IMG/VR virus record: IMGVR_UViG_3300029848_000008
Length of the DNA: 59,375 nt
From: a virus
Direction: 5' to 3' (one strand)
Position 1 is the stretch's first letter; the number at the start of each line of letters is the position of its first letter. The translations under genes were made by a program, and so were the position numbers. The notes beneath the pieces are model-generated. The model searched no databases, had not been told where the DNA came from, and saw nothing but the letters and a program-made list of their open reading frames with translations. Below, one piece after another: positions 1-8,675 of the stretch.

Positions 1-99
1 ACGGACATCACCGAGAAGGTCTACACCCGCCGCGATCCCACCTGGCTGATGGACGAAATCTGCAAAATAAGATAAATGGTAAAACAAAAACTCCCTCGC
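1..99. repeat. Terminal direct repeat copy 1 (= 59277..59375). Assembly overlap of a circular genome; 1..75 duplicates the integrase 3' end
   Basis: 1..99 is base-for-base identical to 59277..59375. The int reading frame ends at TAA 73..75 in this copy. Confidence 0.97.
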
Positions 100-118
100 A
101 GCCGAGGCAACGAGGGAG
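91..118 (-). terminator. Hairpin terminator 3' of ORF 169..930 (also lies 3' of int on the plus strand)
   Basis: Stem ctccctcg/cgagggag (91-98/111-118). On the minus strand it is followed by TTTTTGTTTT. The loop is long (12 nt). Confidence 0.5.
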
Positions 119-168
119 TCGTTACATCTGTAATCATAAAAATAAGAGGGGCTTTAAGAAATGGAAAG

Positions 169-930
169 CTAATAACCGATTACTTCATGTTCAACTGTAT
201 CAATTATTTCATCAGGTATGTCAGAAGTTTGGATTGTATAACTGGTGTTTAATCTGGGATTAAAGATGCCGAGCATTGAAATAGAACGAAATTCTGGCTT
301 TTGAGAATGGAGCCCCATAATCCAATATACAAGTATTTGCAAAGTATGTTTGCTGGTAAGCTTGGAAGAAAGGACTTTAATATCCCAAAGACCATTTTGG
401 GTTAAATAATCTCCATCGCCGGAATCAATAATTTTTGTGTAACCTGTTGGTTCAAAAGTAAAGCCTGATTTTATTATTGGGCCATTTTGTGTAAAAAAAT
501 TGTGGCAACGTTGAACCATTATTTGGATATTTGAGACTGTTTGTTTATCAATTACTAGTTCAGAAGGTGGAGTTGCATGTATTGCACTAATTGGATTTCG
601 TACCCAGCAATCAAAGGCAGAAAGCTTACATGTATTTATGACTGATGATTCATCCATTCCTTTTATCTCTGACAAATATCCAAGAGCTTCCTCTGTTTTG
701 CCCGCTCGAATTGCCCCCTCGATTGATAAAGAAAAAATCTCGTGTACGGATATTCCTATAGAAAGTCTGGACAAATAATCCACAGCCATTCCGATTATGG
801 TAGATGCCACACTTTCCTGTTCGTTAAGCTGGAAATTATCGTGATAGACATCAATATGAAGGGAAGAAGGTTTTATAAAGCCGCCATATGGTTGTTTTAC
901 TTCTCGAACACGTTTAGTAACAGAACTCAT
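169..930 (-). CDS. AT-rich moron: hypothetical protein with a PD-(D/E)XK-like nuclease core
   Basis: 253-aa ORF with an AGGAGA RBS. It is clearly AT-rich versus its GC-rich neighbours. Core motif DSGDGDYLTQNGLWDIKVLS...HTLQILVYW (D...D-I-K). Bracketed by hairpin terminators. Confidence 0.5.
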   Translation of the reverse strand: MSSVTKRVREVKQPYGGFIKPSSLHIDVYHDNFQLNEQESVASTIIGMAVDYLSRLSIGISVHEIFSLSIEGAIRAGKTEEALGYLSEIKGMDESSVINTCKLSAFDCWVRNPISAIHATPPSELVIDKQTVSNIQIMVQRCHNFFTQNGPIIKSGFTFEPTGYTKIIDSGDGDYLTQNGLWDIKVLSSKLTSKHTLQILVYWIMGLHSQKPEFRSISMLGIFNPRLNTSYTIQTSDIPDEIIDTVEHEVIGY

Positions 931-954
931 TTTTTTCTCCTATGTCTATCAATT

Positions 955-991
955 TCAAAAAAACCTCTCGTTTAAAACGAGAGGTTTTTTT
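955..991. terminator. Bidirectional rho-independent terminator closing the tail-fibre operon
   Basis: A-run, stem cctctcgt/acgagagg (964-971/977-984), loop ttaaa, then a T-run. Confidence 0.8.
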
Positions 992-1124
992 GAAAAAATT
1001 ACTTCTGTGCTTCCTCTACAAAAGCAGCCCCATTCGTCCAAAGGCCGTGCTTTCCGGCGTACTGTACGAGTAATGCAGGAGTAACCGGCGCTTTAGCCGT
1101 ACTTTCTCCGGCTTAGGGCTGCGA

Positions 1125-2138
1125 TCAGCCTGCCTCGACTTCCGCCAGAGCGGCGTCGATTTCCTCGTTGGTCAAATACTCCATTGTGAAAATCGCGCCC
1201 AGCGGATCCCAGGTTCCGGCCTCGGTCCAGCCGTAGTTCATGTCGTCCTCCTCGACGTTGTACACGTCGCCCGCCGTCAGGTTGGTGGAGGGCAGATCGG
1301 CGAAGGCGGCCACGCTGCCCTTGTAGCGGTACACGTTGGTCAGGTCGCTCTTGAGGGCGTAGGAGGACGCGCTGCCGAAGCCGTCCAGCTTGGCCTTGTC
1401 CGTCTTGGACATCAGGCCATCCGCGGCGGAAGTGGCGGCATTGTATTCCGTGTTCGTGTCCTTGTAGTAGGGCACGCCGCCGATGATCGGCACAGGCGTG
1501 TAGCCGCTGGCGCTGGAAACCGTGCTGGTGGTTTTCACGCCGCCGAGGGCGCTTCCCGCCGTGGGCAGGGTGTAATTGTTGGCGTTTTCGGCGATGCCGT
1601 TCAGCTTCGCCTTGTCGGCGGCGGACATCAGACCGTCCGCGGCGGCGGTGGCCGGGTCGTACTCCGTGTTGGAGGCGGGAATGCCCAACGCGGTAATGTC
1701 GCCCTTTTCCACAGCCGAGGCCGCGGAAACGTGCCCCTCCGCATCCACCGTTACCTTGTACAAGCCGCTGGCCTTGGCGGTGTGGGTGGGGTGAACATAC
1801 TTGTTGGCCCCCTCCGCGATTCCATCCAGCTTGTTCTTCTCGGCGGTGGTGTAGTCGTTGGTGGAAAGCCCCTTGCCGGTTACCTTGTCCACCTTGGTGG
1901 TGTCGCTGGGGTGCCGGTGGTCTCCGCGGGCAAAGGCCATTTCAGTGCCAACCGCCGCGGTGCCGTCCATCTTCGGGGTGGTGGTGCTGGCGGCAGCGCC
2001 CTCGGGAATATCATTGGAAGTGATGAAGCCGCTGTCGTTCGTCAGCTGGCTGGTTTTCTTCGGCAGCTTGTTCAGCATCAGCTGCCACAGGTATTTCAGA
2101 CCCGCCCGGTTCAGGGCTTTTTCGTTCGTCTGGCTCAT
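1125..2138 (-). CDS. Tail fibre protein with three fibre repeats
   Basis: Start moved to MSQTNEK (GGGAGGA RBS; the upstream ORF stops at 2140). Repeats: GLSTNDYTTAEKNKLDGIAEGAN / GLMSAADKAKLNGIAENAN / GLMSKTDKAKLDGF. Confidence 0.8.
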   Translation of the reverse strand: MSQTNEKALNRAGLKYLWQLMLNKLPKKTSQLTNDSGFITSNDIPEGAAASTTTPKMDGTAAVGTEMAFARGDHRHPSDTTKVDKVTGKGLSTNDYTTAEKNKLDGIAEGANKYVHPTHTAKASGLYKVTVDAEGHVSAASAVEKGDITALGIPASNTEYDPATAAADGLMSAADKAKLNGIAENANNYTLPTAGSALGGVKTTSTVSSASGYTPVPIIGGVPYYKDTNTEYNAATSAADGLMSKTDKAKLDGFGSASSYALKSDLTNVYRYKGSVAAFADLPSTNLTAGDVYNVEEDDMNYGWTEAGTWDPLGAIFTMEYLTNEEIDAALAEVEAG

Positions 2139-2139
2139 G

Positions 2140-2400
2140 CTATATTCCTCCCTGCGCCTTTTCGGCTTCTTTGAGAATTTCGTCAATTTCCTCGTTGGTC
2201 AGGGCGGCTACCTCCGTGGAAATATCCACGTCCTGGCTGCCGTCAAACTGGGTCTGCCCGCTGACCCCACCCGTCAGGCGGATGACGCGGGCCGTCTCCA
2301 GCTTTTTGGCGATGCCGCTGCTGCCGCCGCTTTCCGTCAGTTCTTTCAGCAGCTCCTCGGCCCGGTCAATCCAGTCCTGCACCGGGCTAGGGAGGGTCAC
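2140..2400 (-). CDS. Hypothetical fibre-module protein
   Basis: 86-aa ORF with a GTG start and a weak RBS. Its C-terminus ALTNEEIDEILKEAE echoes the fibre C-terminus YLTNEEIDAALAEVE. Confidence 0.4.
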   Translation of the reverse strand: MTLPSPVQDWIDRAEELLKELTESGGSSGIAKKLETARVIRLTGGVSGQTQFDGSQDVDISTEVAALTNEEIDEILKEAEKAQGGI

Positions 2401-2740
2401 CGTCCTTGTCCACGATGGAACGGTTGACCACCGTCGTCACCACCGCGGATTTTTCTTTTTCTCCCTCAGCCCGGATGATGATCTGCGCCTCGCCCCGGCC
2501 CCTGGCGGCGGTGTCCGACTCATGCACTGGCCAGACCAGCGTGGTGCCCTCCAGCCGGGTTTCCGGGGAGTAGGTGACCCCGGCAGCGGATGTGGCCTTG
2601 ATGGTTACCGATGCATTGGGGCGATGCTCCAGCTCCTCCGACAGGTCAAAGCGGACCGTGGTGACACCGTGCTCGCCCTCCATGCCCAGAGGAATCACGG
2701 AGCGTCCCATGCGGGAAAAGATCAGGTTGACAGTTTTCAT
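2387..2740 (-). CDS. Hypothetical structural (tail/baseplate module) protein
   Basis: 117-aa ORF with an AGGAGG-type RBS. Called by position only. Confidence 0.5.
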   Translation of the reverse strand: MKTVNLIFSRMGRSVIPLGMEGEHGVTTVRFDLSEELEHRPNASVTIKATSAAGVTYSPETRLEGTTLVWPVHESDTAARGRGEAQIIIRAEGEKEKSAVVTTVVNRSIVDKDGDPP

Positions 2741-2823
2741 GTGTTCACCTCCTTAAAAAAAAGAGGGGCGGATGAATGACTCCGCCCCTGCATTGGGTGT
2801 CTGCACGGTGTGCAGACCTTACC

Positions 2824-2982
2824 TTACTCCACGTCAGCCGTGCCGCCGTACTCGGTCGGCACCAGCTCCGGCAGGCCGCTGTCGATCAGCACTTCCGCCA
2901 CGCCCTTTTTCAGGGCCTTTGGCACCTGCTCAAACGTGGTCTTCCCCAGAATTACCCTCTGCGCAAAGAACATAGCCATCAT
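2824..2982 (-). CDS. Small XkdX/CD1375-like tail-module protein
   Basis: Start taken at MMAMFFAQRVILGKTTFEQVPKALKKGVAEVLIDSGLPELV. The pattern matches small proteins that follow fibre genes in Firmicutes phages. Confidence 0.5.
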   Translation of the reverse strand: MMAMFFAQRVILGKTTFEQVPKALKKGVAEVLIDSGLPELVPTEYGGTADVE

Positions 2983-3043
2983 GATACACCATTCCTTTCC
3001 AAAGATGATTTTTATTGCGAACAGCTTGGTAGCTGTTATCGCC

Positions 3044-3379
3044 TTATGCAGTCGGTTCATCCGCATACACCACCGTCGCCATTTCGGCAATGCAGTCCTC
3101 TACAAAATCGTTTCGATCGCTGATAGCCTTGATCTGGGCTTTCAGCATGGGGATGTCCTCTTTCAGGGTCTGGGCCTCCTGCCGCGCCAACGCAAGGGGA
3201 CTGTCCAGCTTGTCGCCGCCTCGGTAAAAATGCTCCCCGTCGTAGGTGTCGCCGACAGCCACAGGCAAGTCCCCGCAGGGAACCGCCCCCTCAAATTCCG
3301 CCGCGTTGGGCGGGTAGAGCACCATCACATTCACCACCACGCCGTTTTCCACCAGTGCGTAAAACGTCTCGTTTGCCAT
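3044..3379 (-). CDS. Hypothetical protein in the XkdW-like position (possible fibre assembly factor)
   Basis: ATG at 3379 lies behind a GAGGAGGAG RBS that overlaps the upstream TGA. No recognisable motif. Confidence 0.5.
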   Translation of the reverse strand: MANETFYALVENGVVVNVMVLYPPNAAEFEGAVPCGDLPVAVGDTYDGEHFYRGGDKLDSPLALARQEAQTLKEDIPMLKAQIKAISDRNDFVEDCIAEMATVVYADEPTA

Positions 3380-3381
3380 TG

Positions 3382-3708
3382 TCACTCCTCCTCGTAAAGG
3401 ACTTCCAGTCCATATGCCTTCGCCGCTTCATGCTCGATGCGGCAACCACGGGCATTTTCCCAGCCAGCGCAGAAGTAGGCAGCATGGCATAGGCTCATGT
3501 TTTCAAGGCTTTTCGCCAGAAAGCAAAGCGGAATCTGCACAACGCCGCGTTCTTTCATGGCTTCGTCGCTGTACCATTCATCCGTAAACAGAGTGTTGAC
3601 GATCTCATAGCCACGCTCTTTCAGCGCTGCAATAGCGCGTTCGCGGGTTTCTACGATTTCCTTTTCGGTTTTGCCCGCCATGGGCTGAGACAACATAGCC
3701 TTTTTCAT
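3382..3708 (-). CDS. DUF4406-like protein (nucleoside 2-deoxyribosyltransferase-fold)
   Basis: N-terminal MLSQPMAGKTEKEI and C-terminal CHAAYFCAGWENARGCRIEHEAAKAYGLEV fit the DUF4406 pattern. AAGGAGGAAG RBS. Confidence 0.55.
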   Translation of the reverse strand: MKKAMLSQPMAGKTEKEIVETRERAIAALKERGYEIVNTLFTDEWYSDEAMKERGVVQIPLCFLAKSLENMSLCHAAYFCAGWENARGCRIEHEAAKAYGLEVLYEEE

Positions 3709-3723
3709 TTCGTTTCTTCCTCC

Positions 3724-4770
3724 TTATCTGTGGTTTCGGATAACGGCAATACCGCTACCGCCCTTGCCGACGTTCGTCAGGTTGTAGTACATGCCGCCGC
3801 CACCGCCGCCGGTATTCTCTCCGCCGCTGGTGGGCTGGTGTCCATTCCACGCTCCGTTTCCGCCGCCCCCGCTGCCGCCCATGGCCTGTGCGGAACCGTT
3901 GCCGCCTGCACCGCCGCCGCCCGCGTACAGCGTGCCGGTGGATTCGCCGAACTCGCGGGTCGTGGTTCCCTGCCCCTTGCCGGGGGAACCCCAATGATCG
4001 ATGCCGATGTTGGCGGCGTCCTGCGGTTCGCCATTGCCGCCGTCTGAGCCGCCGTTATAGACCTGCCCGTTGCCATAAGCCCCGCCGCCACTGCCGCCGC
4101 CCAGCTTCGTACCGCCGCCCGCCGTCACGCCCAATGCGCTGGTGCTTCCGCCCGATGCAAAGGCGCTTTGTCCGCCCGCGCCGATCACGATGCTGTAAGC
4201 GGTATTCACCGCCGCCTGAACGCTCTTCTGGGTCGTGGTGTAGCCGCCGCTGCCCGCTTTACCGTAGCCGTTGCCCGCGTCCCAGTAGCCACTACCACCT
4301 GCGCAGCCCCCGCCCACTAAGAATACATCCAGCTTGCCATCCCACTTGCCCAGATTGGTGAACACCAGCGTGCCGCTGCTCTTGAATTTGAGGCGCCAGT
4401 TGCCGCTTCCGTCGTCGATCTTCTCATGGTCGCCGGTGTAGGTGTAAGTCATGTTGGGGTTCTTCACCGTCAGCGTTGCCACCCGGCTGGTCACTTCCCC
4501 GGCTTTGTTTTTGACCACACAATAAATGGTATAAGTTCCTGGAGCCTGCAAATTTACATACGTATATGTAGGCCCGTTCCCCCCTGGGAGTTCTCCCGAA
4601 TCTTGGTACCATTTATAAGTGTATTCCGCTGGTACGCCGTCCGTGGCGATCTGCACCTGAAACGTGGCGTTTTCTCCAGCCCATACGGTCAGATCAGCCG
4701 GGTAGCTGGCGTTCAGCACCGGCAGCTTCTTGATCTCTCCGCCGCGCCGTAGTAATAGACATTCTCCCAT
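3724..4770 (-). CDS. Tail fibre/adhesin: N-terminal Ig-like domain plus a glycine-rich domain
   Basis: Ig-like signature ATFQVQ...YKWY...GTYTIYCVVKNKAGEVTSRVATLTV, followed by long GGxGG tracts. Confidence 0.7.
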   Translation of the reverse strand: MGECLLLRRGGEIKKLPVLNASYPADLTVWAGENATFQVQIATDGVPAEYTYKWYQDSGELPGGNGPTYTYVNLQAPGTYTIYCVVKNKAGEVTSRVATLTVKNPNMTYTYTGDHEKIDDGSGNWRLKFKSSGTLVFTNLGKWDGKLDVFLVGGGCAGGSGYWDAGNGYGKAGSGGYTTTQKSVQAAVNTAYSIVIGAGGQSAFASGGSTSALGVTAGGGTKLGGGSGGGAYGNGQVYNGGSDGGNGEPQDAANIGIDHWGSPGKGQGTTTREFGESTGTLYAGGGGAGGNGSAQAMGGSGGGGNGAWNGHQPTSGGENTGGGGGGMYYNLTNVGKGGSGIAVIRNHR

Positions 4771-4777
4771 TTTGAGT

Positions 4778-5125
4778 TCACCTCACAACTTTCACGTGGA
4801 CGGTCAGGTCCACCGTCGGTTTTTCACCATAGCAATAGGCCGTCAGGGCGCCGTTGCCTGTGGTCAGCCGCCCTACGGCAAACCAGCTTCCAAGCAGACT
4901 GGAAAAATTGTCGGCCGTCGCCCCGGACATGTCCACATCCGCCGGGCAGTTCTCGTCCGTTGCCAGCAGTCCTGGGGCCGCAGCCGTCTGAGTGTAGGGG
5001 GCCGTACCGCTCCAGCCGGAGGCCGGAAAGGTAACGGTCACATCGAAGGCCGTGGCTGTGCCAAAGGTTGCAATGGCCCGGGCCCAGAGCCGCTTCAGCC
5101 CGTCCCGGTTCATAGCCTTGTCCAT
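4778..5125 (-). CDS. Stand-alone paralogue of the C-terminal domain of fibre 5126..6559
   Basis: FDVTVTFPASGWSGTAPYTQT...ALTAYCYGEKPTVDLTV aligns with LDFTVTLPASGWSDTAPYTQT...SLTAYCYAEKPTVDLSV. Confidence 0.65.
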   Translation of the reverse strand: MDKAMNRDGLKRLWARAIATFGTATAFDVTVTFPASGWSGTAPYTQTAAAPGLLATDENCPADVDMSGATADNFSSLLGSWFAVGRLTTGNGALTAYCYGEKPTVDLTVHVKVVR

Positions 5126-6559
5126 TTACAGCACCGCCTTCAGGAACACGCTCAGGTCTACCGTGGGCTTTTCAGCATAGCAGTAGGCCGTCAGGCTTCC
5201 AGCAGCCGTAACCAGCCGGGTAATGCAGGCAAAGCCTTCCGCCAGCGCCTCGTAGTTATCCAGCGTCGCGCCGGAAAAGTCCCAGTCAGCGGTAGGCCGT
5301 TCCACCTCCGGCAGCCCCTCCACTGTCACCGTCTGGGTGTAGGGAGCCGTGTCGCTCCAGCCGGAAGCAGGCAGTGTAACGGTAAAGTCCAGCGCCCGCA
5401 GCAGCTCCCGGTCGCAGGCCACGGGCACGCCGCCCGCGAAATACACCGGCTTCACCGAGGAGCCCGCCGCCTGCGTGTCCTTCATGGCTCCCAGTCCGGA
5501 GCGAATCTGGCTTTGCTGCTCAGCCGTGTAGGTGGCTGCGGCCATGGCGGCGGCAAGGCCGGTTTTGTCCAGCTTCTTGTCCTCCAGCGCCTTGCCCTGG
5601 CTGGCGGCCAGCACCTTGCCTGCTGTATTGGTGGTCAGGTTGCTGACGACGTCCACCGCCTTCAGTGCACCCAGTGCCACATTGCCGTTTTCATCGGGGT
5701 ATAGACTGTCCACTGCAGATACACTGCCCGCGCCAGGAATACCCCGGGGAATTCGAAGGGTGATATACTTGTCCTCGGCAGTGCCGCTGACGTCGATGCC
5801 TACTTCCGTTCCTGGGTCGCCGGTTTCGGCAGAGAAGTGCAGATTGGGCGTAGCACCCGTGTCTCCTTTAGGAATGCCGAAAGCAATGTGATATGCACCA
5901 TTTTGATTGGTAATCTCCGCCGAAGCGTCGACAGTCGGCAGCTTGGTAACTGCTTCCACCGTCATGCCGGTAATAGCCGCTGCGGCCGTATTGGCAGCGC
6001 TGGCAGCAGTGTTGGCCGACTTTGCCGCCGTGTTGGCTGCGGTTGCTTTTTGGTCAGCCAGCGTGGCTTTGGTATTTGCGCTATCGGCGGCGGTCGTGGC
6101 ACTGTCCGCTGCCGTGTTGGCTGCGCTGGCAGCGTTGGTCGCACTTTCAGCTGCGCTTTGGGCGGCGGATGCTTTGCTCTCCGCCAGTGCCGCTTTTTCA
6201 TTCGCAAGGTCGGCCGCAGTGCTAGCCGCCTGCGCCGCCGTAGTGGCAGCAGCTGCTTTCTGATTGGCTGCGGTCGCGGCATCGTTGGCAGCGCTGGCCT
6301 TCTGATTGGCTGTCGCAGCGGCGTCATTGGCTGCGGTTGCCGCTGTGCTGGCCGTCTGAGCCGCCGTGTTTGCCGCTGCAGCCTTCTGGTCCGCTAACGC
6401 GGCTTTTTCCGTGGCGGCAGCCGCGGCGCTGTCGGCAAGGGTCTTGCTGGCGGATACATCCTCGTAGCACTGACGGATGCTGTCATGGATAGCCCCGCGC
6501 ACCTCCTCGCCGTATACGGCTTCCTTAATCGCCTGCAGGTTTTCGGCAATGGTCGCCAT
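5126..6559 (-). CDS. Alanine-rich coiled-coil tail fibre
   Basis: AGGAGG RBS. N-terminus IKEAVYGEEVRGAIHDSI is typical of fibre/RBP proteins. About 170 aa of A/T/N/K-rich repeats. Confidence 0.8.
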   Translation of the reverse strand: MATIAENLQAIKEAVYGEEVRGAIHDSIRQCYEDVSASKTLADSAAAAATEKAALADQKAAAANTAAQTASTAATAANDAAATANQKASAANDAATAANQKAAAATTAAQAASTAADLANEKAALAESKASAAQSAAESATNAASAANTAADSATTAADSANTKATLADQKATAANTAAKSANTAASAANTAAAAITGMTVEAVTKLPTVDASAEITNQNGAYHIAFGIPKGDTGATPNLHFSAETGDPGTEVGIDVSGTAEDKYITLRIPRGIPGAGSVSAVDSLYPDENGNVALGALKAVDVVSNLTTNTAGKVLAASQGKALEDKKLDKTGLAAAMAAATYTAEQQSQIRSGLGAMKDTQAAGSSVKPVYFAGGVPVACDRELLRALDFTVTLPASGWSDTAPYTQTVTVEGLPEVERPTADWDFSGATLDNYEALAEGFACITRLVTAAGSLTAYCYAEKPTVDLSVFLKAVL

Positions 6560-6794
6560 GGTCCTTCACCTCCTGTTGGGTTTGCTCCTCCGGAACGATC
6601 TCGATCTCGCCCGGCTGGGCCGTTTTACATGCTTCGTTCAGGGCCTCAATGATCTCGTTGGCCCGTTTGTTGCAGAAAATCACAATTTCGCAGTTGTGCT
6701 GAAGACTGTTCGGGTCGCCAAGCCACAGCATGTTCACCGCTTCCCGCATTTCAATCACGGCCTGCCCAAGTTCATGTAGGGTTGTCATGGTCAT
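6525..6794 (-). CDS. Hypothetical protein
   Basis: 89-aa ORF with an AAGGAGGA RBS. Its 3' end overlaps the next gene by 35 nt. Confidence 0.5.
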   Translation of the reverse strand: MTMTTLHELGQAVIEMREAVNMLWLGDPNSLQHNCEIVIFCNKRANEIIEALNEACKTAQPGEIEIVPEEQTQQEVKDHGDHCRKPAGD

Positions 6795-6800
6795 TCCTCC

Positions 6801-8675
6801 TTAGCTTCCGGCGTAGCTGGTGTAGTAGGTCGTCGAACCAACCTTGACCGAGTGCCGATGACTGGGCAGAGCCTTCAGGAAACCCTGCTGTTTCACCCAA
6901 CTCTGGGTAGCCACCACATTGTTTCCCATCGTGATCTTCAGGGCGTTGAGCGTATGGCACTTGATTATCTGACTCTGAAGCCAACTGACGTCTCCCTTCA
7001 GCGAGCTAATCTCATCCGCGATCAGCTTTCGCACCTGGGTGATCTGGGAGTTGATCCGGGTAATGCTGCTGTTGATGGTGACGATGTTCTCCTGAACCCC
7101 GTAAATATTGGTGGTGTTGACCTCGACATTCTTGCCGATGGCCGTGATGTTGTCCGCCTGCAGCTTGATCTCGCTCTCCAGCCCTTTCGTGCTGACGGTG
7201 ATTTCTGCACGAATGTTGTTAACTTCCTCTGTAATTTTGTTGCTGGTCAGCTTAATTTCGTTCGTATTGACAGCGATCTGTGATTCGTGCTTTTCCAGCA
7301 GGTTATGGTCTGCATCCTGAACGGTTTTAAGTGCCTGAATGTTGATGTTCCCGGTTTCGCCATCCAGATTGATGCCGACTGTGTTCAGGATCTTGTTGGT
7401 GTTGTTTACCGTCTCCCACAGGGCCCCGATGCTTACCTTGGGGTCTTCCGGTTTGTAATTGACCCAGCTTTTTACCTTGTCAAGTTCTTTTTCGTTCTTC
7501 TTCCCAGCGCCGCCGCCCCCGGAGGACGCCGCCTGCTTCACCTGCTCGGTTTCCTTCTGCTTGTCCCTGCGGTAACGCTCGGTCAGGCTCTGGGTAGGGT
7601 CGCCGAAGGTGTAGGTGGTATTACCCAGGTTGCTGAAGTCGTACTCGATCTTCGTGCAGGTCAGGTAGTCCTTGATGCCATGGGGCGCGGACCGCACCAG
7701 TACCTGGTCGCCAACGTAAATTTCCTGAATGTCCGGGTTGGCAAAGTGCAGGTCAACCGCCTTGATCTCGATGGTGACCGGCACGTTCGCATAGCTTTCC
7801 AAATAGCGCTTTCCGTTCTCCAGCAGAGTTTCTGGCTGGTTGACGCTGTCAAAGACATGGGTGCGCACAATCCGCCCATACTCGTTCACCAGCGCTTCAT
7901 CCTGAAGCTCCACATTGCCGTTGTTCGCGTCGGCAATGGTCAGGTTTTCGTCACCCAGAGGAATCAGCACTGTAAACAAATTCTCAGCAGAAATGCTTTC
8001 GGAAAAGTCCAGAAGGTTGGTCCCAAGCTCGATTTTCTGGGGAGCCCTGCTCTCGTAGTCCTGCAGGTAGTCGATGTACAGCCCGTCCTCGCCATGCCGG
8101 GCCCGAAGATATCCGCCCGCATAGGCGATCATGTAGCTGGAAATAAATTCCCAGCTGCTTTTCCACTCCCCGGTCATGGCGTTGATGGCGATCTGCTTGT
8201 AGTCGAAGCTATCATCGTCGCCGTCCTCCGTCTCATCCGACGTGCCGGTAATAATGATGTCGCGGTTTTCCGCCGTGATCTTTCCCATTTTGAATTGCTT
8301 GGCGGGTTCTACCATTTTATTGTGCCCTTCAATGATTTGGGCGAAAAGGTCATGGGTCTTTCCAGTAAATTTTTCCGAAGGTTGCACACTGTCGTTCAGG
8401 TAGGCCAGTACGCCCTCACAGTAAATCTGCTTAACATTATTAAAGGACCGGTCCATTGTCAGGATCCTGCCCCGGAAAATTTCCGTATCATCCAGTGTTA
8501 CGGTGATGATGGTTTTCAGCTTGGTCAGGGTGTTGTACTGGCTGTTGGATGGGGGAAGGCTGAACTGAAACGATCCCGCCTTTCCCATCTCCAGCGTCAG
8601 CCGCGGGTTCAGAATTACCCGCTTGTCATCCAGCGGAAACCAGAGCGATTCTCCGTCTGCGTATACGTAAAACAT
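6801..8675 (-). CDS. Tal-type tail tip/baseplate hub (phage minor structural protein, prophage-tail family N-terminus)
   Basis: N-terminus MFYVYADGESLWFPLDDKRVILNPRLTLEMGKAGSFQFSLP. Sits directly after Dit. The C-terminus is coiled-coil. Confidence 0.75.
   Translation of the reverse strand: MFYVYADGESLWFPLDDKRVILNPRLTLEMGKAGSFQFSLPPSNSQYNTLTKLKTIITVTLDDTEIFRGRILTMDRSFNNVKQIYCEGVLAYLNDSVQPSEKFTGKTHDLFAQIIEGHNKMVEPAKQFKMGKITAENRDIIITGTSDETEDGDDDSFDYKQIAINAMTGEWKSSWEFISSYMIAYAGGYLRARHGEDGLYIDYLQDYESRAPQKIELGTNLLDFSESISAENLFTVLIPLGDENLTIADANNGNVELQDEALVNEYGRIVRTHVFDSVNQPETLLENGKRYLESYANVPVTIEIKAVDLHFANPDIQEIYVGDQVLVRSAPHGIKDYLTCTKIEYDFSNLGNTTYTFGDPTQSLTERYRRDKQKETEQVKQAASSGGGGAGKKNEKELDKVKSWVNYKPEDPKVSIGALWETVNNTNKILNTVGINLDGETGNINIQALKTVQDADHNLLEKHESQIAVNTNEIKLTSNKITEEVNNIRAEITVSTKGLESEIKLQADNITAIGKNVEVNTTNIYGVQENIVTINSSITRINSQITQVRKLIADEISSLKGDVSWLQSQIIKCHTLNALKITMGNNVVATQSWVKQQGFLKALPSHRHSVKVGSTTYYTSYAGS

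Noticed and set aside
4778-5420. Diversity-generating retroelement (template/variable repeat) explanation for the duplicated fibre tip
   Set aside because: No reverse transcriptase ORF exists anywhere in the genome. The two copies differ throughout at the nucleotide level rather than at adenine-specific positions.
5930-6430. Nucleotide-level short repeats (gctgc/ggcagc periodicity)
   Set aside because: These are explained by the Ala/Thr/Asn-rich coiled-coil coding sequence of fibre 5126..6559. They are not an independent repeat element.
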